From NCBI GenBank assembly GCA_002245135.1, contig NGBS01000005.1, forward strand, positions 1 to 64,000: a stretch of DNA of 64,000 nt. Reading direction: 5' to 3'. Source of the DNA: Proteromonas lacertae. Lineage: Eukaryota. A model generated the notes under the pieces. The model ran no database searches. It saw nothing but the letters and a program-made list of their open reading frames with translations, and was not told the origin of the DNA. Positions 11,145-24,016 of this stretch are shown here, piece after piece (the stretch's first letter is position 1; every line of letters begins with the position of its first letter). A program made the position numbers and the translations under genes.

Positions 11145-12306
11145 ATGACTTAACGTAACAGATTCAAAATATTAGTTTCAAGCCTAAAACCAAAATATTT
11201 GTTTTTTGATTTTTTTATCAAATGAGATAAGGTGTTAATAAAAGTAACAATCAAATTATTAAACTAATTATTTAATATCTACAGCAGATATGGAATGTAC
11301 ATGGTGTTAGTTTTACATTTGCAGAAAAGAATCATTATTTAGATTACCTATAGTAAGTTCTAGGTTCTATTTTCTGACATAAAATTATTATTTTAAACAT
11401 TATAACTGCTTTATGTAATTAATTTCATTTCTGGTTTGAGGATATGTAATCCTAACGCATTAACCAAGAATATTCAATAATGTTCATTATTGTTATACCT
11501 TTTCTTTTTTTTAACTCTGTTGAGGTGGTAAATATATGAGAAATTGTTGGCAATAGCAGCAGTCCTTATGCTGCTTATATGTGAAAATATTCAATGAAAC
11601 GATAAAAACAATTATTGTGTGGTATAAGGCTGTTCATTACTTGGTACAACTTGATTAATATAAAAATATATTCACTAATCATAGCCGTTAGATTAAAATA
11701 ATTATAAACGAATGCTCATGAATAGTTAACATCATATTTATACTCCTTTCCGCTAAAAGCATACAAATATATACATTTAATCGACACCTTAATCATTTCT
11801 TACGTATAACCAATCACTGTCGTATATACATAAATAATAAATATATTTGTGATAGAATAAGCGATATAAGAAATAACTTTTCAATATGTCCTAAATCAAC
11901 TTATCTTTGACTGTCTACTTTATTGAATTACACTTACTATTGCATTTATATCAGCATTACATCATACAATTGTTCTACACTTAAACATACTTCATTAGTA
12001 GTTTTATCAACTGTATATTCTTTCAATATAAATCAATTGAAATATTTCCATAATGTTGTATTTTTTATCTATTAAACATCACCATCAGAAGATATTTGAA
12101 AAATTTCTTGTCTCAAAATATTATATCGTTTCACTATTCATTTTTATTTTGAAAAAATCATTACATCTCCAAATCAACAGTATATTAACAATTGATAATA
12201 ATAGTTTATACTTAATTATCACTTATTAATCGTTTAATAACTTATTAACGTGAATTTAAACAAGAATTATTAGATTTATTTCTAAAGTTATAATAACAAG
12301 TATCAA

Positions 12307-15300
12307 TTATGCTTTTTTTTCTTTTTCAACGGATTTATCTTTCTTTGATTCTTTATTGGATATACTATTTTGATCATTACTTCGATTTTTATTATTATGA
12401 TGACGGTGGTGATGATGATGATGGTGGTGATGATGATGATGACTCTCCCCATCTTCTGATGTTCTGACTATTGAGACATTTTTTGTTTTCAACCTTTTTA
12501 CCTCATTAATCTTTTCATTCAATTTCAATATTCCTTCATATGTTGCAGATAATTTTCTATGAGACTGACATTCTAATTTTGGCTTTGAACTGGTTGAATT
12601 AAATATCTTTGGTATTTTAGGGATATTAATCTCTTCTTCTTCTTCTTCTTTTCCATCATCAATTAATTCAACTTCTACTTCTTTAGTCTTTCTATATGTT
12701 GGACCATATCTTTCTACTGGTTTTTTCTTCATAGCTTCATGCATTTCATTTTCTTTCTGAATTTCATCTCTTATTTTTTCTATTTCTTCCTTAGTAATTT
12801 CAACTTTTATTGCTACTTCTTCTTCACTGTTTGTTTCTTCCTTTACTTCTTCATCCTTTGAAACTAACTCATTGTTTGTTTGTTTCTTTTCTTCTTCTTT
12901 GTTATTCTCTTCATTTTTTTCAACAACCTTTTCTATAATATTATCAACAACAGCCTTTATAATCTCATCATCATTTTCTTTAATCACCTCTTGTTGTGAT
13001 TGTGATTGTGGTTGTGATTCTTTTTCTCTTTCTTTTTCTGTTTCTAAATTTTGATTATTATCATCTTTAATTGTAATTGTTGTTTTAGATTTATCAATTG
13101 GAATTTTTTTAGTATTCTTCTTATTCTCACCTTTTCCTTTCATAAAACAGGAAATTGCTATTATTATTATTATCACTACCACTACAGCAACTACTACTAC
13201 TATGATTATTACTGTTGTTGTTGTATTTTTATTACTTTCATTATCAGCATTTACATCGGGTAGAAATCGATGAACTTCTAATGCACATTCACTAAATAAT
13301 TCATTTTCATTAGATTCTTTTATCAAGATTCTCATTAATTCTGATGAATCAACTATTAGATTATCTACAATATCGTTCATTTCTTTGACATTTTGGTCTT
13401 TGGTATTTATTATTACTTCTACTGATATTCCATTTTCTAATGAACGAAGTCTTTTGGATATTATTTTTACTGTTATATCAGCTTCAGTTAAATATATTGA
13501 ATGGCTATTAAACAACGATATAATTGATCTTTTTATTGTTTCTACATCTTCATCTTCTAATGATATAGTATTATTATTATTATTAAATATTAATATCAAT
13601 CCAATTTGTGATTGTATTGGTGATAAAGTATTCTCAGTGTTAGTTGCTTCTGTTGAATTTGTCTCTTCTGTCTGATATTTCGTAGTGTCTTCTACTGTAG
13701 TCTGAATAGTTGTCTCAATAGTGGTTGTGTCAATCACAGTTGAATAACTAATTTCAGTTTCTGTTGTGTCAATAATAGTAGATGCACTTATCTCAGTTGG
13801 AACAGTATCTGCATATGTAAGAGTAGTTATAATTTCAGTCGTAGTTGATTCGTCTGTTGTGTATGATGGAATTTCAGTTGATTTTGATGCTGTACTGTTT
13901 ATTTCTGTTGTTTCTGTTTTTTCATCATCTGGTGTAGATGTAATGGCATTTGTGTTAGTAACATCTGTTGTAGATATAGTTTCTTCATTTTCATTATCTC
14001 CATCAGTATTTATATCTTCAGTAGAAATGTCAGTAATATCATCTGTTCCTTCTTCTATTGTTGGTTTAACTGTTGTTGGTTTAACTGTTGTTGGTATTTC
14101 AGTTGTTGGATTGATTGTAGTAGGAGTTTCTGTTGTTGGTTTAATTGTTGTAGGAACTTCAGTTGTTGGTTTTACAGTTGTTGGTTCTTCTGTTGTTGGC
14201 TTTATGGTTGTTGGTTCTTCTGTTGTTGGAACTTCAGTTGTAGGTTTAACTGTTGTTGGTTTGACTGTTGTTGGTATTTCAGTTGTTGGATTGATTGTAG
14301 TAGGAGTTTCTGTTGTTGGTTTAATAGTTGTTGGAACTTCTGTTGTTGGAGGAATTGTGGTTGGTATTATAGTTGTTGGTTTAATAGTTGTTGGAGATTC
14401 TGTTGTTGGCTTAACTGTTGTTGGTTCTTCTGTTGTTGGAGGAATTGTTGTTGGCATAATAGTTGTTGGTATAACTGTTGTTGGTTTGACTGTTGTTGGA
14501 ACTTCAGTTGTAGGTTTAACTGTTGTTGGTTTGACTGTTGTTGGTATTTCAGTTGTTGGATTGATTGTAGTAGGAGTTTCTGTTGTTGGTTTAACAGTTG
14601 TAGGAGATTCTGTTGTTGGCTTCATAGTTGTTGGTTCTTCTGTAGTTGGTTCTTCAGTTGTGGGAACTATTGTTGTTGGAGTTTCTGTTGTTGGTTTAAT
14701 TGTTGTAGGAACTTCAGTTGCTGGTTTTACAGTTGTTGGTTCTTCTGTTGTTGGCTTCATTGTTGTAGGTTTGACTGTTGTTGGAGTTTCAGTTGTTGGC
14801 TTAACTGTTGTTGGTTTAATAGTTGTTGGTTCTTCTGTTGTTGGTTTAATAGTTGTTGGAACTTCTGTTGTTGGCTTTATGGTTGTTGGTTCTTCTGTTG
14901 TTGGAACTTCAGTTGTAGGTTTTACAGTTGTTGGTTTGACTGTTGTTGGTATTTCAGTTGTTGGATTGATTGTAGTAGGAGTTTCTGTTGTTGGTTTAAT
15001 TGTTGTAGGAACTTCAGTTGTTGGTTTTACAGTTGTTGGTTCTTCTGTTGTTGGCTTTATGGTTGTTGGTTCTTCTGTTGTTGGAACTTCAGTTGTAGGT
15101 TTAACTGTTGTTGGTTTGACTGTTGTTGGTATTTCAGTTGTTGGATTGATTGTAGTAGGAGTTTCTGTTGTTGGTTTAACAGTTGTAGGAGATTCTGTTG
15201 TTGGCTTCATAGTTGTTGGTTCTTCTGTAGTTGGTTCTTCAGTTGTGGGAACTATTGTTGTTGGAGTTTCTGTTGTTGGTTTAATTGTTGTAGGAACTTC

Positions 15301-18140
15301 AGTTGCTGGTTTTACAGTTGTTGGTTCTTCTGTTGTTGGCTTCATTGTTGTAGGTTTGACTGTTGTTGGAGTTTCAGTTGTTGGCTTAACTGTTGTTGGT
15401 TTAATAGTTGTTGGTTCTTCTGTTGTTGGTTTAATAGTTGTTGGAACTTCTGTTGTTGGCTTTATGGCTGTTGGTTCTTCTGTTGTTGGAACTTCAGTTG
15501 TAGGTTTAACTGTTGTTGGTTTGACTGTTGTTGGTATTTCAGTTGTTGGATTGATTGTAGTAGGAGTTTCTGTTGTTGGTTTAATTGTTGTAGGAACTTC
15601 AGTTGTTGGTTTTACAGTTGTTGGTTCTTCTGTTGTTGGCTTTATGGTTGTTGGTTCTTCTGTTGTTGGAACTTCAGTTGTAGGTTTAACTGTTGTTGGT
15701 TTGACTGTTGTTGGTATTTCAGTTGTTGGATTGATTGTAGTAGGAGTTTCTGTTGTTGGTTTAATAGTTGTTGGAACTTCTGTTGTTGGAGGAATTGTGG
15801 TTGGTATTATAGTTGTTGGTTTAATAGTTGTTGGAGATTCTGTTGTTGGCTTAACTGTTGTTGGTTCTTCTGTTGTTGGAGGAATTGTTGTTGGCATAAT
15901 AGTTGTTGGTATAACTGTTGTTGGTATTTCAGTTGTTGGATTGATTGTAGTAGGAGTTTCTGTTGTTGGTTTAATAGTTGTTGGAACTTCTGTTGTTGGA
16001 GGAATTGTGGTTGGTATTATAGTTGTTGGTTTAATAGTTGTTGGAGATTCTGTTGTTGGCTTAACTGTTGTTGGTTCTTCTGTTGTTGGAGGAATTGTTG
16101 TTGGCATAATAGTTGTTGGTATAACTGTTGTTGGTATTTCAGTTGTTGGATTGATTGTAGTAGGAGTTTCTGTTGTTGGTTTAACAGTTGTAGGAGATTC
16201 TGTTGTTGGCTTCATAGTTGTTGGTTCTTCTGTAGTTGGTTCTTCAGTTGTGGGAACTATTGTTGTTGGAGTTTCTGTTGTTGGTTTAATTGTTGTAGGA
16301 ACTTCAGTTGCTGGTTTTACAGTTGTTGGTTCTTCTGTTGTTGGCTTCATTGTTGTAGGTTTGACTGTTGTTGGAGTTTCAGTTGTTGGATTGATTGTAG
16401 TAGGAGTTTCTGTTGTTGGTTTAACAGTTGTTGGAACTTCTGTTGTTGGAGGAATTGTGGTTGGTATTATAGTTGTTGGTTTAATAGTTGTTGGAGATTC
16501 TGTTGTTGGTTTAATAGTTGTTGGTTCTTCTGTTGTTGGAACTTCAGTTGTAGGTTTAACTGTTGTTGGTTTGACTGTTGTTGGTATTTCAGTTGTTGGA
16601 TTGATTGTAGTAGGAGTTTCTGTTGTTGGTTTAACAGTTGTAGGAGATTCTGTTGTTGGCTTCATAGTTGTTGGTTCTTCTGTAGTTGGTTCTTCAGTTG
16701 TGGGAACTATTGTTGTTGGAGTTTCTGTTGTTGGTTTAATTGTTGTAGGAACTTCAGTTGCTGGTTTTACAGTTGTTGGTTCTTCTGTTGTTGGCTTCAT
16801 TGTTGTAGGTTTGACTGTTGTTGGAGTTTCAGTTGTTGGCTTAACTGTTGTTGGTTTAATAGTTGTTGGTTCTTCTGTTGTTGGTTTAATAGTTGTTGGT
16901 TCTTCTGTTGTTGGAACTTCAGTTGTAGGTTTAACTGTTGTTGGTTTGACTGTTGTTGGTATTTCAGTTGTTGGATTGATTGTAGTAGGAGTTTCTGTTG
17001 TTGGTTTAATAGTTGTTGGAACTTCTGTTGTTGGCTTTATGGTTGTTGGTTCTTCTGTTGTTGGAGGAATTGTTGTTGGTATAACTGTTGTTGGCTTAAC
17101 TGTTGTTGGTTCTTCTGTTGTTGGAGGAATTGTTGTTGGCATAATAGTTGTTGGTTTCATTGTAGTTGGAACTTCAGTTGTTGGATTGATTGTAGTAGGA
17201 GTTTCTGTTGTTGGTTTAATAGTTGTAGGAGATTCTGTTGTTGGCTTCATAGTTGTTGGTTCTTCTGTTGTTGGTTCTTCAGTTGTGGGAACTATTGTTG
17301 TTGGAGTTTCTGTTGTTGGTTTAATAGTTGTTGGTATAACTGTTGTTGGTATTTCAGTTGTTGGATTGATTGTAGTAGGAGTTTCTGTTGTTGGTTTAAC
17401 AGTTGTAGGAGATTCTGTTGTTGGCTTCATAGTTGTTGGTTCTTCTGTTGTTGGTTCTTCAGTTGTGGGAACTATTGTTGTTGGAGTTTCTGTTGTTGGT
17501 TTAATAGTTGTTGGAACTTCTGTTGTTGGCTTTATGGTTGTTGGTTCTTCTGTTGTTGGAGGAATTGTTGTTGGTATAACTGTTGTTGGCTTAACTGTTG
17601 TTGGTTCTTCTGTTGTTGGTTTAATTGTTGTAGGAACTTCAGTTGTTGGTTTCATTGTTGTTGGTTTAGTTTCAGTAGTTGGCCTTACAGTTGTTGGAGC
17701 TTCAGTTGTTGGAATTTCAGCTGTGACTGGAGTCTCTGAAATTGTTTCATCCAACTGTCTTACAGAAGTATGTTCATTTACAAAATCATTTAATGTTCTT
17801 GACTCAATATCAATATTTGTTAAAATTTTGAAATACACTCCATGTTGATAATATTTATCACCATATTTGTATTTAAAATTGAACATTGTTCTATCGAAAC
17901 TATTATCAACTGTTCCACTTATTGTGCAATTATCTGATAAAGTAATTACATTTGGCAAGTTAGGAGACGAACTACAATAAGAAATATTTTCATTCGGAGT
18001 GATTAGTTTTAAATCAAGTACTTGGTGTTGAAAAACTTCTATAACACGTGGTTGATATGCACAAATACATGGATAAAACACTAAAATATAATAAGATGAT
18101 AAATACAGCTTAAACAAATCAAAAAAACAACGAGCATCAT
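12307..18140 (-). CDS. Type I membrane mucin-like protein: signal peptide, one Ig/He_PIG-like domain, ~1,200-aa PTT repeat stalk, SEA-like domain, TM helix, charged tail with poly-His
   Basis: This is the 1936-aa ORF, extended to ATG 18140 through a 26-nt intron (18106-18081), which gives MMLVVFLICLSLFYPCICA. SPNLPNVITLSDNCTISGTV is an Ig-type motif. TM segment VIIIVVVVAVVVVIIIIIAI. His tract near the C-terminus. Confidence 0.9.
14058..17712 (-). repeat. Coding minisatellite of 15-nt units encoding PTTxx, with exact higher-order duplications
   Basis: Units PTTEE/PTTIK/PTTVK/PTTET/PTTIN recur. Block 14101-~14480 is identical to 15541-~15920 (offset 1440). Block 14521-~14855 is identical to 16561-~16895 (offset 2040). 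Confidence 0.97.
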
Positions 18141-18706
18141 TGTGTTTCAGCTTAAAAATTTCAATTATTCATTTCCCGCCTTTTTCAATACTAAAAATTC
18201 TATTATAAATTCATCATTTATCGTAAAACATGAGTTGCTCTTTTATCATTCGTATTTTAACAATAAATTCAATGCCTATTACTTAATTTACACTGTTACT
18301 GTATTGTATAAATAAATAACATGAAGTTATTCAAAGAAACTTCAATCACGTGGAATTTAACCACCACAATTATCAAAATTGTTTTATCACAACAATTAAA
18401 AATATACAGTGATGTTTATTGCTTTTCCCAAAATTAACAATGATATGGCTTTATATTGTACAAATATAGAATAAAATACTTTTCCCTCATTCTACACATC
18501 ATTTTAAACAACTATATACATCAATAACATCTCAAAAATGTGATCCTTCCAGTGACATACTGTTATATGTAGATTTATATTATATAACTGAGTACATATT
18601 CTTATATCTTTATTATAAAATAATTAAGAGTGTATATTTGATTAAATATTTCATTATTAAATATTTGATCGTTTTATAACCATTATTTTCGTTTTTTTCA
18701 TATCTC

Positions 18707-21700
18707 ATGAATGAAGTATATAAAGTAGTTTATTATATTATATTAGAAAAAAGGACGAAGAAATCCGTCCAAATTGAAGCCTATACGTAACAATCCTCGA
18801 ACTCAGTCAAATTATTTAAATCCTGTGGATGGAAATCTTTCATCATTAACAACTGTTAATACTGGACGTATCTTTTTATAAATTAATATTTAGCAACATA
18901 TCCACCACAAAGAGGTGTTAAACAGTTAGCTCCTCTAAGAGTGAAGTCTCCTTATGAACATTATCAAGGTAATGTATTTAATAAAGCAGTTGCAAATGCT
19001 GGAACTAGAGAATATGGTGAAATAGAACGATTGACTTTTCTCAATGATTTATTTCAGGTTCTAGATAGAAATGAAGATAATTTATTAGATAAAGATGAAT
19101 TTGCAGTGTTAATTCAAGTAGTGTTAGGAAATACTCCATCAGAAGAAGATGTTAAGTATATTTATTATTATTATATTTTTTATTTAGTAAATGTTTTGAA
19201 AATGCTGATTCAAATAAAGATGATTATGTTGAGTATAAAATATATGTTTATATATATTAATTATAGTATAAATGAATTTATAAGATACAGTCGTGTGTTA
19301 AATAAACTTACATTTAAAGTATTTCAACAGAGAATCAAACACTATATTGAAAAAGTAAAAGTTATAAGAAAACAAGAGAATTTAGCAAAATTTGCAGGTA
19401 TATATATTTATTAATAATATATTTATATAGCTTTATATGGTCGTGTATTAGAAGAAAGAGAAAGATGTTTAATGGAAAGAGAAGAACTTCAACAATGTAG
19501 ATATGAAAGTCTACAAGAATCACTATTAAAGAATGAACAAGAGTCTCTTAAACGTGAAGATTTATACAGTCAATTGGTAGAAAGATATAATAATCCAAAG
19601 TATGCTATTGAGACTTATCCAATGATAATGTGTAAAGCTGAAGATACATATTTACAACAAAGAGAAGAAAGATTAAGAATGAAATATATTGTATTATTAG
19701 AAAGATATAAACAAGAAAAGAGAGAAGAATTAATTCAATTAGCTCTCGACAGACAAAGAAGAAAGAAAGCATTAGAACGTAAAGCTGTGAAGGATGAAAA
19801 AGCAAGAGAAATGAATGAGAGATTGAATATGAAGTATGAAGATATTAACGTTGCACCAATGACACCACCTCCTGAGCCAGAACCTGAACCAGAACCAGAG
19901 GCTGAGAATGAACCGACTGAAGAAAGTAATGAAAGTGGAAAAAGTCTTGAAGCTAAAATAGAAAAGCAAATTAGAGATGCTGAGAAAGAAGAAGAAGAGG
20001 AGGAAAAAGAATCGGGAGAAGAAGAAAAGCCAGCTGAGGAAGAAAATAAAGAAAAAGAAGAAAATAAAGAAGAAAAACCAGCTGAAGAAATTAAAGATGA
20101 ATTTGAAGAAAAGCCTGTTGAGGAAGAAAAGAAAGAAGAAGAAAAGAAAGAAGAAGATGCAAAACCAGTAGAAGAAGAAAAACCAACAGAAGAAAAATCA
20201 AATGAAGAAGAAAAGAAAGAAGAAGAAGATTCAAAACCAGTTGAAGAAGAAAAACCATCTGAAGAAATTAAAGATGAATTTGATGATAAACCAGCTGAGG
20301 AAGAAAAGAAAGAAGAAGAAAAGAAAGAAGAAGATGCTAAACCAGTAGAAGAAGAAAAACCAACAGAAGAAAAATCAAATGAAGAAGAAAAACCAAAAGA
20401 TGAATTTGAAGAAAAACCAAAAGATAAATTTGAAGAAAAACCAGCTGAGGAAGAAAGAAAGAAGAAAAGAAAAACCAGAAGAAGATGCAAAACCAGTAGA
20501 AGAAGAAAAATCAACAGAAGAAAAATCAGATGAAGAAGAAAAACCAAAAGATAAATTTGAAGAAAAACCAGCTGAGGAAGAAAAGAAAGAAGAAAAAGAA
20601 AAACCAGAAGAAGATGCAAAACCAGCTGAAGAAGAAAAACTAGCTGATGAAATGAAAGATGAATTTGATGAAAAACCTAAAGAAGAAGAAAAAACAGAAG
20701 AACATGCAAAACCAGAAGAAGAGAATCTATCTCCAACTCATGAAAAGAAATTAGAAGAATTTGTTGAAGGATTTGTTGATGATAAAATAAGAGAAGTTGT
20801 TAAAGATGAAGAATCAAGGATGAGTAGTAGTTTACATTCTGAAGAAAAACTAAAAGATGTAGAGAAAGAAAATGACGAATTTGAAGAAACTGAAGGAGAA
20901 AAGGATGAATTTGGAGAAGAAGAAGAAGAAGAAGTAAAGCCAATAGAAGAAGAAACACCAAATGATGATTTTGAAGATGGTGAAAAGCCAAAGGAAGAAG
21001 AAGAAAAAGTAAATGAAGAAGAAACTCCAAAAGATGATTTTGAAGAATCATTCCCAGCTGAAGATACTGTTAAAGAGGAAGTGAGACAAGAAGGAGGAGA
21101 AGAAAAAGAGCAACAGGAACCACTAGAAGAATCACAAGAAAAACCTCATGTTGAAGATACTGATAATGAGGAAGAAGAAGTAAGAAGTACATATGTTGAA
21201 GAGATGGTAAACAGTGTAATGAGTGAAACATCAACACATGCAGTAGAAGAGAACAATAATAATAATAATCAACCGCCTGATAAACCTCCTGAAACTGATG
21301 AAAGTAATGAAAACAATGAAAGCAATGAAGATAACCATTTTTTTCAGCTAACTGAGGTAGCTTCCGTTGATGATGATATTAAAAAAATCATTCATCATGA
21401 CTCGCGGAGCTGCTGACGACCACTTGGAGTCACAGTTAGTCTTCTATGAAGATGATAATAATATTATTAACTTTGTGCCTGCTAAGACACAAGAAATAAT
21501 ATGTCATATTCATGAAGATAAAAAACCTCCGAATATAGATGAAGATAGTTCATTTGATGTAGATGGTTTTATTCTTAATCGTTATATTAAGAATATTGAA
21601 TTCATTCAAAAAGAAGATAAAAAGATAGAAGATGATAATGACGTTATAACTCATGAGAATATTTCTAATTATATACCCATTTATAAATATGAAGATATAA

Positions 21701-22864
21701 ATGTGAATAAATCAGAAGAATCACAAATGTTTAAATATAAAACACAATCTGAATTGAATGATATTGAACATGAAATAATATCGAACAGATTACCAATATA
21801 TGAATATGATGAATTAGAGACTGATAAAACTGAAGTATCTTCAAAAATATATATTCCAAACAAGGATAAGGAAGAAGAAAAAAAACAAACAGATAGAAAT
21901 GCAGTTATACCTCATGAGATTATTAGTAATAGAATAATTGAATATGAATATAAAACAGAAATAAAATCAATTCAAGAACAGTCTGAGATAGTTGGTAATA
22001 TACCTGATGTAGTTGAATATCATGAACTCAGAAATAATAGTGTTTGAAGGTAATTATTATAAAGATATAACAGAATATACAGTTCAACCATCTGAAATTG
22101 TTACTATAAAATGTGAAGAATTGTTAAGTGAAATGATTGAAAATGAATTGCATCATTTTCAATATGTAGAAGAAAAAGAAGAAAATAGTATTTTACTAAA
22201 ACAGAAGAATAGTTATGATAATATTACACTTTATACAAGTAAAGTGATAGATATTCCAAATTATAAAATGGTATATGATATTAGATTTATTGGAAAATAT
22301 TATCCTGAATCAGAATATTATTATAAGAGTAATAATATGGTTATTTCATCATCATCATCATCAATAGTAAATAAAGAAATTGAAGATGAAGAAAGAGAAT
22401 ATAAAGAACAGAAAGAGAAATTAAAACTAATGAAATATTATGAAAAGAGAGTAAATCAATATACAAATTTATTGGATAAATTGAATGAAAGAATAGAACG
22501 ATTAAGAGATTTAAGACAACAAGAAATTAATTTACAAGAAAAGAAAGAACAAAGACAAAGAAAGTATTATAATAGAAAATGTAAAGATTTAATTGAAAGA
22601 TATCATTATAAAAAAGGCATTTCTTGGGAAAATGGCTATGTTGAATATGTCTGTGGAGAAAGGAATGATAAGATTATTATGAATTGTCAAACAGGTGAGT
22701 TTTTAATGCAGAATTCAAAAGACTATGAAAATAAAGCAGAAGAGATGAGAAGAGAAGATAATTACAAAAGAGAGAAAGAAGATCAAGATATTAGTGATAT
22801 AGAAGAGAAATTGAAGAATTACCAGAACAGATTAGTAGAGTGCGATGGAATCGTTGCTAATTAA
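18707..22864 (+). CDS. EF-hand protein with coiled coil, E/K-rich repeats and a C-terminal WW-like/coiled-coil region (multi-exon, apparent assembly frameshifts)
   Basis: ATG 18707 is followed by short introns. EF-hand loops DRNEDNLLDKDE and DSNKDDYV. ORF pieces 18941, 19472, 20379, 21367 and 22013 join through introns or 1-2 nt indels. The join is inferred. Confidence 0.65.
19990..20720 (+). repeat. Coding E/K-rich tandem repeat (EEKPAEEEKKEEEKKEEDAKPVEEEKPTEEKSNEEE)
   Basis: Near-identical blocks are 180 nt apart (about 20120-20210 versus 20300-20390), with further degenerate copies. Confidence 0.9.
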
Positions 22865-22968
22865 CTTTTATATATGTAATTTGTTATTTTAATAGTCTGA
22901 TAATGATTTAGTTGATGAAAAACAAAAATTATAAAATCTTGAAACGGTTCTAAATTAAACTAATTGAA

Positions 22969-23835
22969 ATGCTACACAAGAAGAGAATAGGTAGAGAAGA
23001 GAATAATCTCTCAAAACAGTTTATAGGTAACCCTAATGCGGCGAGGGTTGTAGCGCCTCCACAAAAGACAACTAAAGAATTACAGCAAATCATAACTGTT
23101 GCTGTTAAAGTATATTTCCTTTAGTTTTATGTTAGGATACTAATGTTAGACCAACATATAAATCTCACACTCCAGCTAGTCTTTCATTATATAATGTATA
23201 TATCTTTAGTTGTTATATAATAAAGGCATCAAAAGCCAGTAGAGGCATAGATATTTCGGTTGAAATACCTCCAATCCGAAGTCCTAGAAACAATGACGAT
23301 TCACCAATTCATTCTCCTATAAATCATAGAACGTTAGATTATCCATATCTATCGCCTCGTTTAAGAACACATCCCCCTACTTATATGCGACCATATCAAG
23401 CAAAGAAGATTCCAATTCCTCCAAGATCAATACACTCTCCTATTAAAGATCCAAACTGTGATCGTAATATAAAAGTAAGAACAGGAGATGGTAAGACAAT
23501 AGATGTATATAATTTACAATTATATTGCTTTAGAAATTAAGACTTTTACATGAATTTGGTATATATAGAGTTCCAATGTATCCTCCACTTCCTCTTATTG
23601 ATGATGCTCCGGAGTATAATATATATATTATAAATATAGTCATCTTGGTTTGGCTGGATTCAAAGTTACTCAATTCAGTCCTGTTGAACGAACTTCATAT
23701 AATACTGCTAGTATTCATTATTATATTATTATATTGATGTTAGATAAAGATATAATTAATCCAAAGAGTAATGAAAATCAGTTTAATCCAAGTATAAAGA
23801 TAGAAGTAAATAGAAATAACTCAAAATCAGCTTAG
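22969..23835 (+). CDS. Hypothetical Pro/Ser-rich multi-exon protein
   Basis: ATG 22969 (MLHKKRIGRENNLSKQ...), several ~26-32 nt GT-AG introns, stop TAG at 23833-23835 followed by a T/G-rich tract. Confidence 0.6.
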
Positions 23836-24016
23836 ATAACAAAATTATTATTTATACATATTTAATAATCAATTATTAACATTATTTTGTTGTAATAATA
23901 TTTGTTTTTGTTGTTGTTGTGTTTTTAAAATTTTATCAAAACAAATAAAATAAATACAAATTCAATAAGAGTAGAAGATAAATAAGTATATAATAACATT
24001 TTAGATATAAATTATC

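Noticed and set aside
14058..17712. CRISPR-like or satellite array
   Set aside because: There are no unique spacers and no cas genes. The repeat is in-frame coding sequence in a eukaryotic gene.
13766..17848. 1360-aa plus-strand V/G-rich ORF (VVG repeats)
   Set aside because: It is the antisense mirror of the PTT repeat, whose codons give no stops on the opposite strand. The minus-strand gene has the signal peptide, intron and TM helix.
20450..20475. Possible programmed frameshifting (also ~21410, ~22045, ~45268, ~46708, ~57010)
   Set aside because: At ~20457-20470 two A-runs are each one base shorter than in the sister repeat at ~20575-20605. Most other shifts also sit in short homopolymers. 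Assembly indel error is the simpler explanation and read-level checking would settle it.
19735..20619. Ser/Phe-rich minus-strand ORF, and similar shadow ORFs at 12872-13675 and 58255-59076
   Set aside because: These are antisense or off-frame shadows of low-complexity coding regions.
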